A DNA stretch of 64,000 bases from Zootoca vivipara (Eukaryota): assembly GCF_963506605.1 (NCBI RefSeq), contig NC_083279.1:69564001-69628000 (forward strand), in the 5' to 3' direction. Made by a program: the position numbers and the translations under genes. The notes below the pieces were generated by a model. The model saw only the letters and a program-made list of their open reading frames with translations. It did not search any database and was not told where the DNA came from. Below are positions 1 through 12,249 of the stretch, piece after piece. Every line of letters starts with the position of its first letter. Position 1 is the first letter of the stretch.

Positions 1-929
1 GGTAAAAGTAATGCTTTATGGCCTCACATTTTTTATGTATTTCTTGCAATATTTTAGCCATGTGGCTTATAGCTTATACGAAGTTCAATCGCTATCTGAA
101 AGTAACAGAATTTATAACACTGAATACTGCTGAAATGAAGGAAAAGTGGATGGGAACTTTGAGTTAAGTTTTAATGTAGCCTAGAAAAACCTTGAAAAAC
201 TTCAGTATTAGGCTGTGAAACCTTTCATTAATTATAAACCATAGTTAAAATCTTGATTCTGCATTACTTCAAAAAGATGGGTGCTGTGGCCACCATGCTT
301 CATTTACTTAATCGCAATGGCCTACATTTCTTTTAAACTCGCATTGGTTCCAATGATACCGATATAATATTTAGCTAGGTCATACTCAGAGTAGACTCAT
401 TGAAATCAATTGAGGTAAGTTACGGAAGCCTATTGATTTTATTGTGTCTGCTCTGCGACTAATGTTGATATCACCCAGCCAGTTTGGCTTTTATATGTAT
501 TGGGTGAAATCCAATGCTGCCATTCCACTGGCAGAACGGCTTTTGATCCAGCAGTGGTGCCTGCGCGCTCCTGAAATATTCTGAGCAACTCGTTCTTCAA
601 GACCTCCCAACAACCCACTGGAAGGTTGTGAGGGCTGCAGGGGGAATGGGCATAGGAGAAAATGGCCTTTTCTTACGTTAGCTGATGCTTCCACTGGATC
701 AAAAGCTATTAATGCAAGCAGAACAGTAGCGATTGAATTCATTGATTATAAAAACATCTAATTGCATTTGCAGGTGTACCGTAGGTGTTCGGAGTTTAGT
801 AGGCAGACTTGCTACATTTATTTTCTGTTTTGCAATTTTCAAGACTGAAATTTGAATTGGTTGTGCTAGGTTTCTAAGATCATCAATGATTATCTCAGTT
901 TGCACTGTCATTAAAGGGTATGCATTACC

Positions 930-1058
930 TTATTTGGAGGTCTTTAAGCAGAGGCTTGACAGCCATCTGTCAGGAATGCTTTGATGGTGTTTCCTGCTTG
1001 GCAGGGGGTTGGGCTGGATGGCCCTTGTGGTCTCTTCCAACTCTATGATTCTATGATT
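930..1058 (+). mobile_element. CR1 LINE 3' end
   Basis: ggaggtctttaagcagaggcttgacagccatctgtcagg...ggtctcttccaactctatgattctatgatt, with the CR1 octamer tail. Confidence 0.8.
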
Positions 1059-1540
1059 TCTCAGATGCTCTCTGGAGCTTTGAGTTTTACTGGAATAAGT
1101 TTTTTCTTCTTCGCTGAAATGCTAAACTACTTCTGCAGGTACAAATTGTGGGCTGTATCCAACTAAGTAGATCTGGTAGCACAAGGATTTCTGCTTTCAC
1201 AGGGGAGGTTTGCCACCCTCTCTTCTCCCACATGCCCACTCTGCACTCCCCAAATCTGCTCCAGAGGGTTGGGAAGCCCCCCAGAACAGATTTAAGGGGG
1301 CACAGGAAGAGGAGAGGAGAGGGAGGTGAAGTCCCTTTAGCAGCCAAAGGTAGTTGCACTAATGGATCTGTTTAGTTGGATACTAAATCCCTTTGTCTCC
1401 TAGTCTCCTAGTTTTGCCATAAAACTACTCGTATTGGGAAGAGGAGGTCTTACTTTACCATCTAATGCTTCCTTTATCATAGGTAGTTGCTGTCTGTCTG
1501 GAAGGATGGTAACATTTGCTGACAATTTGGTCTCTTGCAG

Positions 1541-4500
1541 ATTTGTGGAAAGTCGTTTACTTACAAACACGGTTTAAAGATGCACCTTGCGCTCCATGAG
1601 GCACAGAAGCAGTTTAAATGTGACTTGTGTGATAAGTCTTTTGTCACAAAAAGAAGTCTTCAGGAGCATATAAGCATTCACACAGGTAGATGAGAGAGAC
1701 CCTTTCTTATTAATGAAAAAGTAGCACCTGCACTTTGCTTTCATGGGTGTATAAACTGAATGCACTCAAAACTACAAATATTTAGCTAGTGGTTTCAGTT
1801 CAGTGAAATTCAGCATTCCAGCCATATGTGATGAGGGAGCTGAGAGACTAGAGCTCTAGAGTTTCTATTTTCAACTGGCAGCTTTGAATTGGTATATTAA
1901 ATTCAGTTTTATTTTATATTAATTGCTTATTTTATGAATATTGTTTCTGATTCATGGTGTTAGCAGTTGAATCAACTAAAAAAGGGGGGATGAAATTATT
2001 TTCTCCGCATCCCTTACCACAACTTATCCCCCATTTGTCTGTAGTACAGGGTGAGGCTTTTCCCTTGTCTTCTTTGTAGTCCTTGTTCCCGCAGTTTTTT
2101 CTGTAGTCACTGCCCAAACTATTTGTCATCTCCTGTGAGCTTCTTCCATTTCCATAGAACCATATCTCTACAGATTTCTCCATAATTCTGATGCCTTCTT
2201 GGCCCTGTTGTACTCATTTCTTTCTTCTGCCTTAGCTGGCCTCCTCTAAAGTATGTTTGAATTATTGGTCAGTTGAATTATTAGTCAATTATTCCATGCC
2301 TAAATATTTTTCCCACATGTGTAATAAGACTGGAGTGTGGTGCAACATGCCTTAGCTATCCCTGTGCCGTAACTGTCAACAACATATCTACCTACTCTCA
2401 CCTTCCTTTTATCCCATTTGCTGCCTCTACCCCCTTTCATAGCTGCCAAGTTTTCCCTTTTCTCATGAGGAAGCCTATTCAGCATAAGGGAATTTCCCTT
2501 TAAAAAAGGGAGAACTTGGCAGCTATGCCCCCTTTCCCAGTGAATATTCTTTTTCTTCTTCGTTAAACTTGCATACCGCCTTTCACCTGAAGATCACAGT
2601 ATGTTGCACAACATAAAAATACAAAACAAGAACAAAAATTCAAAAGGTAGCATTTTGCTGACAATGGACTCCAAAACTCCGGTCTTGTTATCGCCTACAC
2701 TTCCTGGTAGATGGAGCCTAGTTGGGCTCTCAGTCAGTCAATCAGCAGGGATTGGAGTGTGAAAGGATTCCTTCTGAGGACCAAAGATGCAAAAACATCT
2801 GGCTTCCTCAAGAGGAGGAATTCCAGTAGCTGTGGAGGGGGGCCAGATGAACAGCTCACCTCTTCCACTGATTGTCTCTAGCTGCTGCTACCTCTGAGAG
2901 CAAAGTATCCATTTTCCTCAACTAACCTCCTTCCTGTTGTATTTGCTCGCATTGTCTTCTCTCATATTTTAGCCAAAACCATGCAAGGAAATGCATTTCA
3001 AAAGCATTTTCAATGTTTTTGCCTTAAGTTGAATACAATAGCATCTATTAAAGCCATTGCCCCTATTATTTTGTCAGGAGAATCAAAATACTTTTGTTCA
3101 CACTGTGGAAAGTCTTTCCATAGAGCTTCAGGACTTAGCAAGCATATAAAGAAACACCAGCCAAAACCTGAAATTCGTGGATATCAGTGTACTCAGTAAG
3201 TATGAATAGAATTGCAAGCCTTTAAACGTTTTAAGTATATTTTTGCCAATTTCATTGGGTATCAAAATGAATTCCCATGTTACTTTTACATAATTCTGCC
3301 AGGCTGTTTCAGGCAAGCCATGCCCGCTTAACATGTCACGTGTGGGGCAGAGAAGGATGAAGCTTGGCTCCCTGCTTCCAAGACACATGACACTGAGATA
3401 TCTCAGTTGGTAGAGCATGAGACTCTTAATCTCAGGGTTGTTTGGTTTGGACTATAATCAGGCACATCCAACAGTTAGATTGTGATCTACCGATAGATCA
3501 CTGGACATCTGTGGTAGATCACTGGCTCCCCCCAAAGAAGCTCAACAACATTGGTTCCCCTCAAAAAAGCTCAACATTTTTGCCCTACACCCCCCAAAAA
3601 TGTGGCTTTCCTCCTCCCTAAAAGGTCAACAACTTTGACCCGAACCCCTAAAAAATAGGGCTTTCCTTCCTAAAAAAAAAGCTCAACAACCTTTACCTGA
3701 ACCCAAAAAAGGGGGTAGATCACTGCCAGTTTTTAACTCTGTGAGTAGATCACAGTCTCTTGGGATTTGGCCACCCCTGGACTATATAATCCTTGTGGTC
3801 CCTTTCCAACTCAACGATTCAATGGCAACCAGCTGGCTGTTGGGCATTTCAGAAGTGCCATACAAAGCACTTTGGAAATGCTCTCTGCACATCACTTCTC
3901 AAGTGCCCAACAGCCATTTGGGAGGCATTTGGGAAGCGCTGCCCAGAGTGCTTTGCAAACCTTTCCCAGTAGGTTCCTTTAACCAAATGTGTACAATTGC
4001 GTACTGTTTCAGATGTGAGAAAAGTTTCTATGAACCCCGAGATCTCCGACAGCACATGAACAAGCATCTTGGGGTGAAACCATTCCAGTGCCAATCTTGT
4101 GGAAAGTGCTATAGTTGGAAAAAAGATTGGTATTCCCATGTGAAGTCCCATTCTGTTACTGAGCCTTACAGGTAAATCAAGTTAACTAGTCTAAGCTTTG
4201 AATAAATAATAAGATAAAAGACCTGTAGCCAAGTCAGTGTGTACTTTGTAATTATGCTTGTGCATAATGGAATGTCTTTTGTATACATATTTTAAAATTC
4301 TGTGTCACAGCTATCAGGAAGTATTTTGATTATCGCCTCAACTCGGCCACTAGACTTCCTACAGCTCCTAAAAGTTTCTTAATGTGTTAAAAGGAAGCTT
4401 GCTACATTTGTTGTGACCTGGAGGTACTCCAGCCTCCTTCACAACACAGGGTAGTGGTGGTGGTTTTCAAAAGTTGTTTAACAGATTAGCCCATATGGAA

Positions 4501-6782
4501 TTTAGCCTGCGGCTATCCATTATACACTGTGTGTCCTATTGGGGTTCTAGAAAAAGATGTATAATGCAATTGTAGCATGAGGAATAAAGAGTACAGTGCA
4601 CTTGCAACTCATGCCACACAGGGACTTTGTATAATTATACCTCGGTTTAAGTCCGCTGCGGTTTGAGTACTTTCGGTTTACTTCTGGGTTTTGCCGCGCG
4701 CGCATGCGCAGAAGCGCTCTATCAGTGCTTCGCACACAATCGCCCCTCAATTTAAGTACTTTTCAGGGAGCAAATGGCACCCCAGAACCAATTAAGTACT
4801 TAAACTGAGGTACCATTATACTCACCAAGTAATCTGATTGGGGTAAAAATGACTTCCCAGCCCAAATACTCATTATTGTAAGAGTTATAAATACAGTGGT
4901 ACCTCTACTTATGAATAACTCTACTTACAAATGTTTCTACTTACGAATGGAGCTCCATCCGCCATCTTGGATGCGGTTTAGATAGGATCTTTTCTACTTA
5001 CGAATTTTTAGATAGGGTTGCTTCTACTTACGAATTTTTTCTCCCAATGCATTCCTATGGGATTCAACTTACAAATTTTTTCGACTTACAAATGTGCGTT
5101 CGGAACGCATTAAATTCGTAAGTAGAGGTACCACTGTACTTTTAGGACTTTTCTATCCTGCGCTAATTGTCTTCTCTTGTTTTTTTAGGTGCAATGTGTG
5201 TGGCAAAGAATTCTATGAGAAAGCTTTGTACAGAAGGCATGTCAAGAAAGCAACTCATGGGAAAAAAGGAAGAGCAAAGCAAAATTTGGAACGTATTTGT
5301 GAGCACTGTGGGAGAAAATTCACCCAGCTTCGGGAGTACAGAAGACACATGAACAACCATGAGGGTAAATCTGACAAGTTTAACTTTAAGAATAGTGCCA
5401 TGTTTCAATAAATGAATAAAAATGGGGACTTAGAAAACATTAAATTTAAGGGGGAAATGGCTTGTCAGCACTGCTTTGAGCTAGGCTAGAAATAATGGAC
5501 TGCGTATAAATAAGTGGTGCATCTATGAAATGATGAAAAATTAATGAACAAATGAGACTATCATGCTGTAGCCAGACTGCCATGGTTTTCTTCGCTCCGT
5601 ATAATTTTTCTGCATACATCTTTGTAGCGGACTTAGTGACTTCCAAGTATGCTTTATGAATCCAGACCTGATTAGACTCACCAGGGCTCCCCATTGGGCC
5701 TGCAATGCCATTTTGGACATGCCCAATGTCTTCAGGTGTGGGGCAGGAAGAAAGCTGGCTCAGCTGTAAGGGCATTTGCAGACACCATCAAGCAGCTGAT
5801 CAGTGTTGCTTAAGCAAAGCACTGAGCAAGGTGTCAGCTGATTGTTGGCTCTTCAGAAGCACCTTTCAAAGCATTGTTCAAGAGCACTTTGAAAGGGGCC
5901 CCTGAAGACACCTGCGGGCAGAAGGTGACTGGGTGTCATGTGCCAGTGTTTGCCCACACTACAGGAGGATAACCATTTGACCCACTGGCCAGATCCAGTC
6001 GCCCACCCATGCAGTAAATCATTAAGGAAAGTATTGTAATGTTAATAAAAACACTATTTCAACAAAGGTTCAAATGCAGAAAACGCTCCAAGTGTCTGGT
6101 AGCAATATATTGTAACATGGATAGATGAAAAAAGAGTGAGTACTCTATTGTAATTTGGGGGTCTGAACTAATTGATACAGGAGTATTTCTTAATTACACT
6201 TTTGGTAACCAGTAGGTTTTGCTTAGCCTTTCAAACGTTGTTACCTCCTTTCTTTCTTTATTTTGTTAAATAGGTGTTAAACCCTTTGAATGTCTAACCT
6301 GTGGAGTGGCTTGGGCTGATGCACGTTCTTTAAAGCGCCACGTACGGTCACACACTGGAGAGAGGCCTTACGTTTGTCCAGTATGCAATGAAGCCTACAT
6401 AGATGCCCGTACCTTAAGAAAGCACATGACCAAGTTCCACCGGGATTATGTACCTTGTAAAATTATGCTGGAAAAGGACACACTTCAGTTTCATAATCAG
6501 GGAACCCAAGTAGAACATGCCATCAGCATTCTAGCATCTGATGTGCCGGAACAAGAAACAGAGGTTTGCAGTGAAGAGATTGAAACAGTAGTAGTGACTG
6601 AAGAAACACTGGAAACACCTGCAACTGCTGAAGACTGTACAACAGTTTCCACACTTTCTGACCAAAGTATCATGCAGGTCGTCAATTATGTGTTGGCACA
6701 ACAAGGACAAAAAATGACTGAGGTCACAGAAGCCATTCAAACTGTAGAAGTGGAGGTAGAACATGTTTCTGATCCAGACTGA
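1541..6782 (+). CDS. ZBTB11: Zinc finger and BTB domain protein 11, 3' part; join(1541..1685,3078..3195,4013..4171,5189..5364,6274..6782); upstream exons lie outside the window
   Basis: Five AG/GT-bounded exons with consistent phases (0-1-2-2-1) encode tandem C2H2 fingers (ICGKSFTYKHGLKMHLALH, CEKSFYEPRDLRQHMNKH, CLTCGVAWADARSLKRHVRSH). They also encode the characteristic tail MTKFHRDYVPCKIMLEKDTLQFHNQGTQV...TLSDQSIMQVVNYVLAQQ, ending in TGA at 6780-6782. Synteny with PCNP/TRMT10C/SENP7. Confidence 0.95.
2438..2527. mobile_element. 90-bp hAT-type MITE
   Basis: TIR catagctgccaagtt / aacttggcagctatg; 8-bp TSD CCCCCTTT (2430-2437, 2528-2535). Confidence 0.85.
3393..3824 (+). mobile_element. tRNA-derived SINE with CR1-like tail, interrupted by a hAT MITE (3459..3779)
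   Basis: tRNA-Lys-like head (tctcagttggtagagcatgagactcttaatctcagggtt) and CR1 tail (gtggtccctttccaactc..gattc). These are separated by a cagg...cccctg element with an imperfect gactata(a/t) TSD and internal aaagctcaaca repeats. Confidence 0.7.
4634..4818. mobile_element. Degenerate Tc1/mariner (Tigger-like) MITE
   Basis: Termini tacctcggtttaagt ... acttaaactgaggtacca; same family as 47934..48258. Confidence 0.65.
4894..5136. mobile_element. Tc1/mariner (Tigger-like) MITE
   Basis: TIR cagtggtacctctactta / taagtagaggtaccactg, TA TSD; close copy at 29838..30078. Confidence 0.9.
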
Positions 6783-8317
6783 ATACAAAAGTTCACAAAT
6801 AAGGAAGGTGACCTGGGGGAAGCGGCATGCAATTATCAAAGTATTAACCGTCATACTGGTTGGATTTTTACCGTAATAGCTCCAGAACACTGCTCAGAGT
6901 TTCTTATTGCCTCTGTAATAAGACGCAAAATCAAAGACTTTCCGTATAAGCCATGGACATGTACTAAGACTACTGATCAGTTGTAATCACTTAGTAAAAT
7001 CTCAAAAATAAAGTCATTGGTGTGGTAGTGGTAGGTATGTTGTAGTTTCTGTTTTCCCCTGTGCAGTTTGCTTTTACACTGCTGTTTTGGCTTTGTTGGG
7101 CAGTTTGGTATGCTACAGAGTTGTGCCAGTCACTTAAAAACTCAACTATGTTTGGAGTTCACTGAAAAGCAGGATAGGAGTTTGATCTGCAAGTTTACCT
7201 ATGAACCTGTTATCGATATAGATGAATACTCTGATCATGGATCTGATCATGAGAGGGATTGAGGCGGTGAGTTGTACTCCAGTGTGTATGTTGGGGCAAA
7301 TCTCTGCTGCATTGTACATTCCTGCACTTTTTCAGTTTTGTCTCTTGCATAACCTGTAAAAGTACTTTTAAGATTGCATGTCCTACAACTAGAAAACATA
7401 ATTGTATACTTTATATATATACGCTGGTGCAATTATGCTTCATTAAGAGCACTGTAAACAAAGAAAAACTAAGGAATGTGCTGTGTATATGAAAGCCGAG
7501 AGTTCATACATTTTTATTTTGTTATACATTTAAACTTCCATGAAACCTAACTTTTGTATATGCAGTTTTGAGAGGTAAGGAATTAAAACCTAGCTGCCAA
7601 GATTAATAATTTTAAAAAGAAAAACTTGACCCATTAGAGTAAGATGCAAAAGAGCACCATAGGGTTCCAATTGAGTTGTTTATCAAACCATAACAGGTGA
7701 AATCTATATCCATAGCAGTAATATTGAGCTATTGTTGGTAAACTCTAATCAAGCCAATTACTATGTATTATAGATGCTTGCAGTTTGTATTTTTAAAGAA
7801 ATCAATTTCTGAATCAATTAGGAGCTAAGCTGTTACCTGTTCTCTGTAAAAACAGACCAACAGAACCAATGCCTTATATGAAGAATAGCATGTCCTCCCA
7901 TAATGGGGATATTGAGTCTGTTTTCTCTGGATTGTAAGTGGTGATTGTCTCTTGTAAAGTACCAGTAACAGTTTACTGAAGCAGAAAGCAAAATTGTTTA
8001 GTGTCTGTAAATTATGTATACCTTGATTAGCCATATATTCAAGAAAACTATTCACAATGACTATAGAACTCAGTATGCTTGTTAAAGAACAAAATGTAAC
8101 AATGTGAAAGATGAGGGCAAGGGAGCAGACTTGGCTACAGGTTCTAGTTCTCCCCCCTCCCCTATTTAAAAATACAGTAAAGCCAGAGATTGAATGGGTA
8201 TAAGCACAACCATGTGGATCCAAAATGGCAAAGTCTGTGTCAGTGGCAACATGGCTTCATCTCAAAAGTTGTTTAGAATATTAATTATAGTGTCAGTGGT
8301 GATGTCTGCTTCTAAAC

Positions 8318-8453
8318 CAGACATCCCCAAACTGCAGCCCTCCAGATGTTTTGGCCTACAACTCCCATGATCCCTAGCTAACAGGACCAGTGGTCGGGGA
8401 AGATGGGAATTGTAGTCCAAAACATCTGGAGGGCCGAAGTTTGGGGATGCCTG
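8318..8453. mobile_element. hAT-Charlie-type palindromic MITE (~136 bp)
   Basis: TIR cagRcatccccaaac / gtttggggatgcctg; 8-bp TSD TTCTAAAC. Confidence 0.9.
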
Positions 8454-8840
8454 TTCTAAACATTCTAAAAAGTTTACTGTGCACATAACAAGTTCAGGCT
8501 TTCACCTATCTTAAAAGAATCATGAAATTCCAGCTGAAATTCTCATACCTGGCAACAGTAGTTAACTTACAGGGGTCCAAACTTTCATCTGTCTCACTTT
8601 GTTTTCATTAAACAAAGGGTAGCCCGTTAAAGAATACTGTTGTGTTATGTTGCTGGTTGGTGTGAGAAAAGATGTGAAGTTGTTTGTTGTTCAATCGTGA
8701 TGTATTTGAAACATTGCTTCCTCCAGTGACGGCAAGAAGCCCTGCTGTAGCAGAAATTTAAATTCTCAGGATTCTTATCAATCTACAGTACTGTATAGGC
8801 ATTTTAGTCTTGACCTTAAATCTAAACACAAATTTTAATA

Positions 8841-9135
8841 CAGTGGTACCTCGACTTACGAACGACTCGACAACCGAATTTTTCGACTTACGAATGGGGC
8901 AAATGGCCGCACCTTACGAATTTCTCAACATCCGAACGGAAACCGCAGCGGTTTTAGATAGGGTTTTTTCGACTTACGAATTTTTAGTTGGGGTTGCTTC
9001 GACTTACGAATTTTTCCGTTTCCAATGCATTCCTATGGGAAATCACGTTTCCAATGGCGCTTTTCGACTTACGAATTTTTCGACCTACGAAGGTGCCTTC
9101 AGAACGGATTAAATTCGTAAGTCGAGGCACCACTG
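8841..9135. mobile_element. Tc1/mariner (Tigger-like) MITE
   Basis: TIR cagtggtacctcgacttacgaa / ttcgtaagtcgaggcaccactg, TA TSD, internal tcgacttacgaa repeats. Confidence 0.9.
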
Positions 9136-9991
9136 TACTAGAAACAAAGCAGAGCTTGTTTAAAACTGGAAAAGTATCCCTGTACTGTTATATTAGTATG
9201 CATGTACATGGTGCCATACAAAGAATGTATCTACAGCAAGGGACTTACAAGCTAGAAAAAGACAGAAGAGCTACTGGGATGTAATTTCTCTGTTCAAAGG
9301 ATAGGAGAGACTGTTCTTTCACAGAGTGGTTACATTGTAGATAATACACTGGAAGGGGTAGGACCTCTGGTGGGAGCGCATTATGCTCTTTCTGGAGTAA
9401 TTTGTCCACCTTTAGGGGAAACTGATTCTAAACCTCTGCTGCCTTGTAGGATATCTGTGGGAAAAGAAAAGGCTAAGGAGTAATCCCTCAGAATGGAGTC
9501 CCTAAGATGGTTGGATGGCACCCTGTATGCCTCCTTCCAGCAACTCCTGCAGCCAAGCTCTGCTTTCCTTTGAACCACATCAGCAAGGGGTCTTGTAAGG
9601 TCGAGGCGGCTCAGAATTTCCATATGTACTGCCCAGACTTGAGCCCCAAGGTCACTTCAATGCTGCTAAAGCAGCGATTTGACTTCACCCCTGGAGGTAC
9701 ATTCCATTGTCTCTTGAGACAGATGCCAACAACGCGGATTGGGGGGGGGGGTGAATGGAAGGTTAAACAGGATAGAATATGCAACTACGCAGGTACCCTT
9801 CAGATTTTTGGACTACAGCTCCCATAATCTCTAAGCATCGGCCATGATGAGAGCTGCAGTCCTGAACATCTGAAGAGTTGGGGAAGGTTGCAGTATAGTA
9901 TTGGAGGCTAAGGTGTTGTCAAAACCATCCTTTACCCTGGTGCTGCAGAAGATGACATCACCATTGCTCCAATAGTCCCAAAGCTGTACTC

Positions 9992-10120
9992 CAGACATCC
10001 CCAAACTTTGGCACTCCAGATGTTTTGGACTACAATTCCCCTCTTCCCCGGTCCTGTTAGCTAGGGATCATGGGAGTTGTAGGCCGAAACATCTGGAAGG
10101 CCGCAGTTTGGGGATGCCTG
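9992..10120. mobile_element. hAT-Charlie-type palindromic MITE
   Basis: Same family as 8318..8453; 8-bp TSD CTGTACTC. Confidence 0.9.
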
Positions 10121-10348
10121 CTGTACTCCCTTAACTATACCACTAACAATGGCAAGAGGTAACACTAGCAGTTGGTGTCATGCCTGACAGCCATCTTCCA
10201 CTGGACAAACCCAGGTTCATCATAGGCTTTGACAGCTACTGAAGTTAATAGGGAGTTTCAACTAGACCCAGACAGTCTTTCTCTGCTGGGTTAAAAGCCT
10301 CATCCCAGACACCAATACTGGCACCCAGTGGTAGTGGTGGGGCAAGAA

Positions 10349-10598
10349 CAGGGGTTCCCAAACTAAGGCCCGGGGGCCAGATGCGGCCCAATCGCCTTCT
10401 AAATCCGGCCCGCAGACGGTCTAGGAATCAGCATGTTTTTACATGAGTAGAATGTGTCCTTTTATTTAAAATGCATCTCTGGGTTATTTGTGGGGCATAG
10501 GAATTCGTTCATATATTTTTTCAAAATATAGTCCGGCCCCCCACAAGGTCTGAGGGATAGTGGACCGGCCCCCTGCTGAAAAAGTTTGCTGACCCCTG
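10349..10598. mobile_element. hAT MITE (OposCharlie1/OC1-like termini)
   Basis: TIR caggggttcccaaact / agtttgctgacccctg; 8-bp TSD GGCAAGAA. The family name is from recall. Confidence 0.8.
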
Positions 10599-11254
10599 GG
10601 CAAGAAGCTAGGTTCTGTTACCCATAGTCCTAGCAGCTCTGGGAAATATCATAATGCCTTACAATCCACTCTAAGCAAAACTCGTCACCCATGGAATACC
10701 CAATTACAAGACATTATTCCCTTGCAAGAAGCAGTAATGACTAATATCCTTCCCCGCACCCCAAATTTCTTAGTGCCTTTTTTACATTATCTTTTCAAAA
10801 TGGTTTACTGAACCGTCTTATGTTTTTCTGTAATTCATTAAAATAGTTTACAGTACAGTACTGCTATTCTAACAAAAGGCTTCAAACCAGCTTACAGTAG
10901 CACATATATATACAAATGACAATAAGACCAAAACTTAAACAGATTCCCTGATACAATTTAAATTTTCATTCTTCCCCAAACCACAATGTGGGTCCTCTAA
11001 AAAGGAGTTCCACGATAGTAAAGATGCACTGGTATGTGTTAGAAGTCAGCGCCTGCTCTTATTTCTTGCAGTTGATTTGATTCATTTTGACAGCTTCTGA
11101 GATGTGTTTAAGACCTTTTTTAAGGACTCAATAGTGCTGCCACAAAATAGTGTGCTTTTGAGTTTCCCAGAACTCTTGCAAGCCAGGTATTAAGCAAAGG
11201 TAGCAAAATTATGATAGTTCAACACAGAATCCCTCATTTTTGTGTGTTCTAGGA

Positions 11255-11399
11255 ACGAGATGGTTGGACAGTGTTCTCGAAGCTACGAACACGAGTTTGA
11301 CCAAACTGCGGGAGGCAGTGGAAGACAGGAGTGCCTGGCGTGCTATGGTCCATGGGGTCACGAAGAGTCGGACACGACTAAACGACTAAACAACAACAA
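11255..11399 (+). mobile_element. 5'-truncated BovB 3' end
   Basis: Two mismatches over ~140 nt versus the 3' end of the full-length BovB at 35267; (CAA)n tail. Confidence 0.9.
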
Positions 11400-12061
11400 G
11401 GGAACATAAGCTTGCTCCCAATTTTGAAATACTACCTGTAATGATTAAATAGTGTAATAAACATGTTGCTAAGCTCCAATCGTTACACCTGTGATGACAC
11501 ATTTTAATTAAAATCAACAGAATTGAAGTTCCTCTAACAGGCTTGCCACAGGTGCATAAACTGAAACTGCTCTGATGCCTGGAAACCACAGCTGGCACTT
11601 AGGAATTTTACATATCTTGAGCCATATAAAAATATTGTGCCAGGAGATGGGACTATTGTAGAACATGCTCACAATTTGTATGTAGTGAGGAATTTGTGTT
11701 TTGTACCCTGAAAAACAGGGTTAATGCTCTATACACCCATTCCTGACCTCTATTTGACAAACAAGCAATGACAAATATTTTGCTTGAAGAGAGGCATGCA
11801 AACATATCAAATCCTCTAAAGTAGTGGCTTTCAGATCTTCACAAAGCCCTGTCCACAGACTCATCATGGAACCTGCAGCAGCAGATTGGAAAAAGTTTGC
11901 ACCGAGTTTATGGAGGACGGTAGCCTGGCCTGCCGGGCATCATCACCAGAAATGAAACTGCCCCCAGACTTCTCCAATGGCTGCACATACTAAAGGCAAG
12001 ATTAGCAACAGAAAACATGCAGCTTTTCCAAGTATATTTTGTCATTACTGATCTCACTGGG

Positions 12062-12249
12062 CAATGGCAGAGCTTCATGCTCTGGCACTGGGGGCAGAGA
12101 GCAGGCGGGGGCGGGATGCGTTCTGGGGGTGTGGTGTGTGTTATGGGGGCGGGGCGCCCAGTGCGGGCAGGGGGGCAGCCACCATGGCGCCCTCGGGATC
12201 GCGCTGCCTGGGGCAGAGCACCCCTATCGCCCCTCCCTTTCTACGCCCG
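12062..12249. mobile_element. GC-rich hAT-like non-autonomous element
   Basis: 8-bp direct repeat TCACTGGG (12054-12061, 12250-12257) flanking a GC-rich insert with degenerate termini. Confidence 0.65.

Noticed and set aside
3393-3440. tRNA-like sequence (also 21770-21812 and 54350-54425)
   Set aside because: No complete cloverleaf, and each runs into a LINE-derived tail, so these are SINE heads.
8841-9135. Regularly spaced tcgacttacgaa repeats resembling a CRISPR array (also 4894-5136, 29838-30078)
   Set aside because: They are internal echoes of the TIR within TA-flanked mariner-type MITEs. Spacing is irregular, the context is eukaryotic and there are no cas genes.
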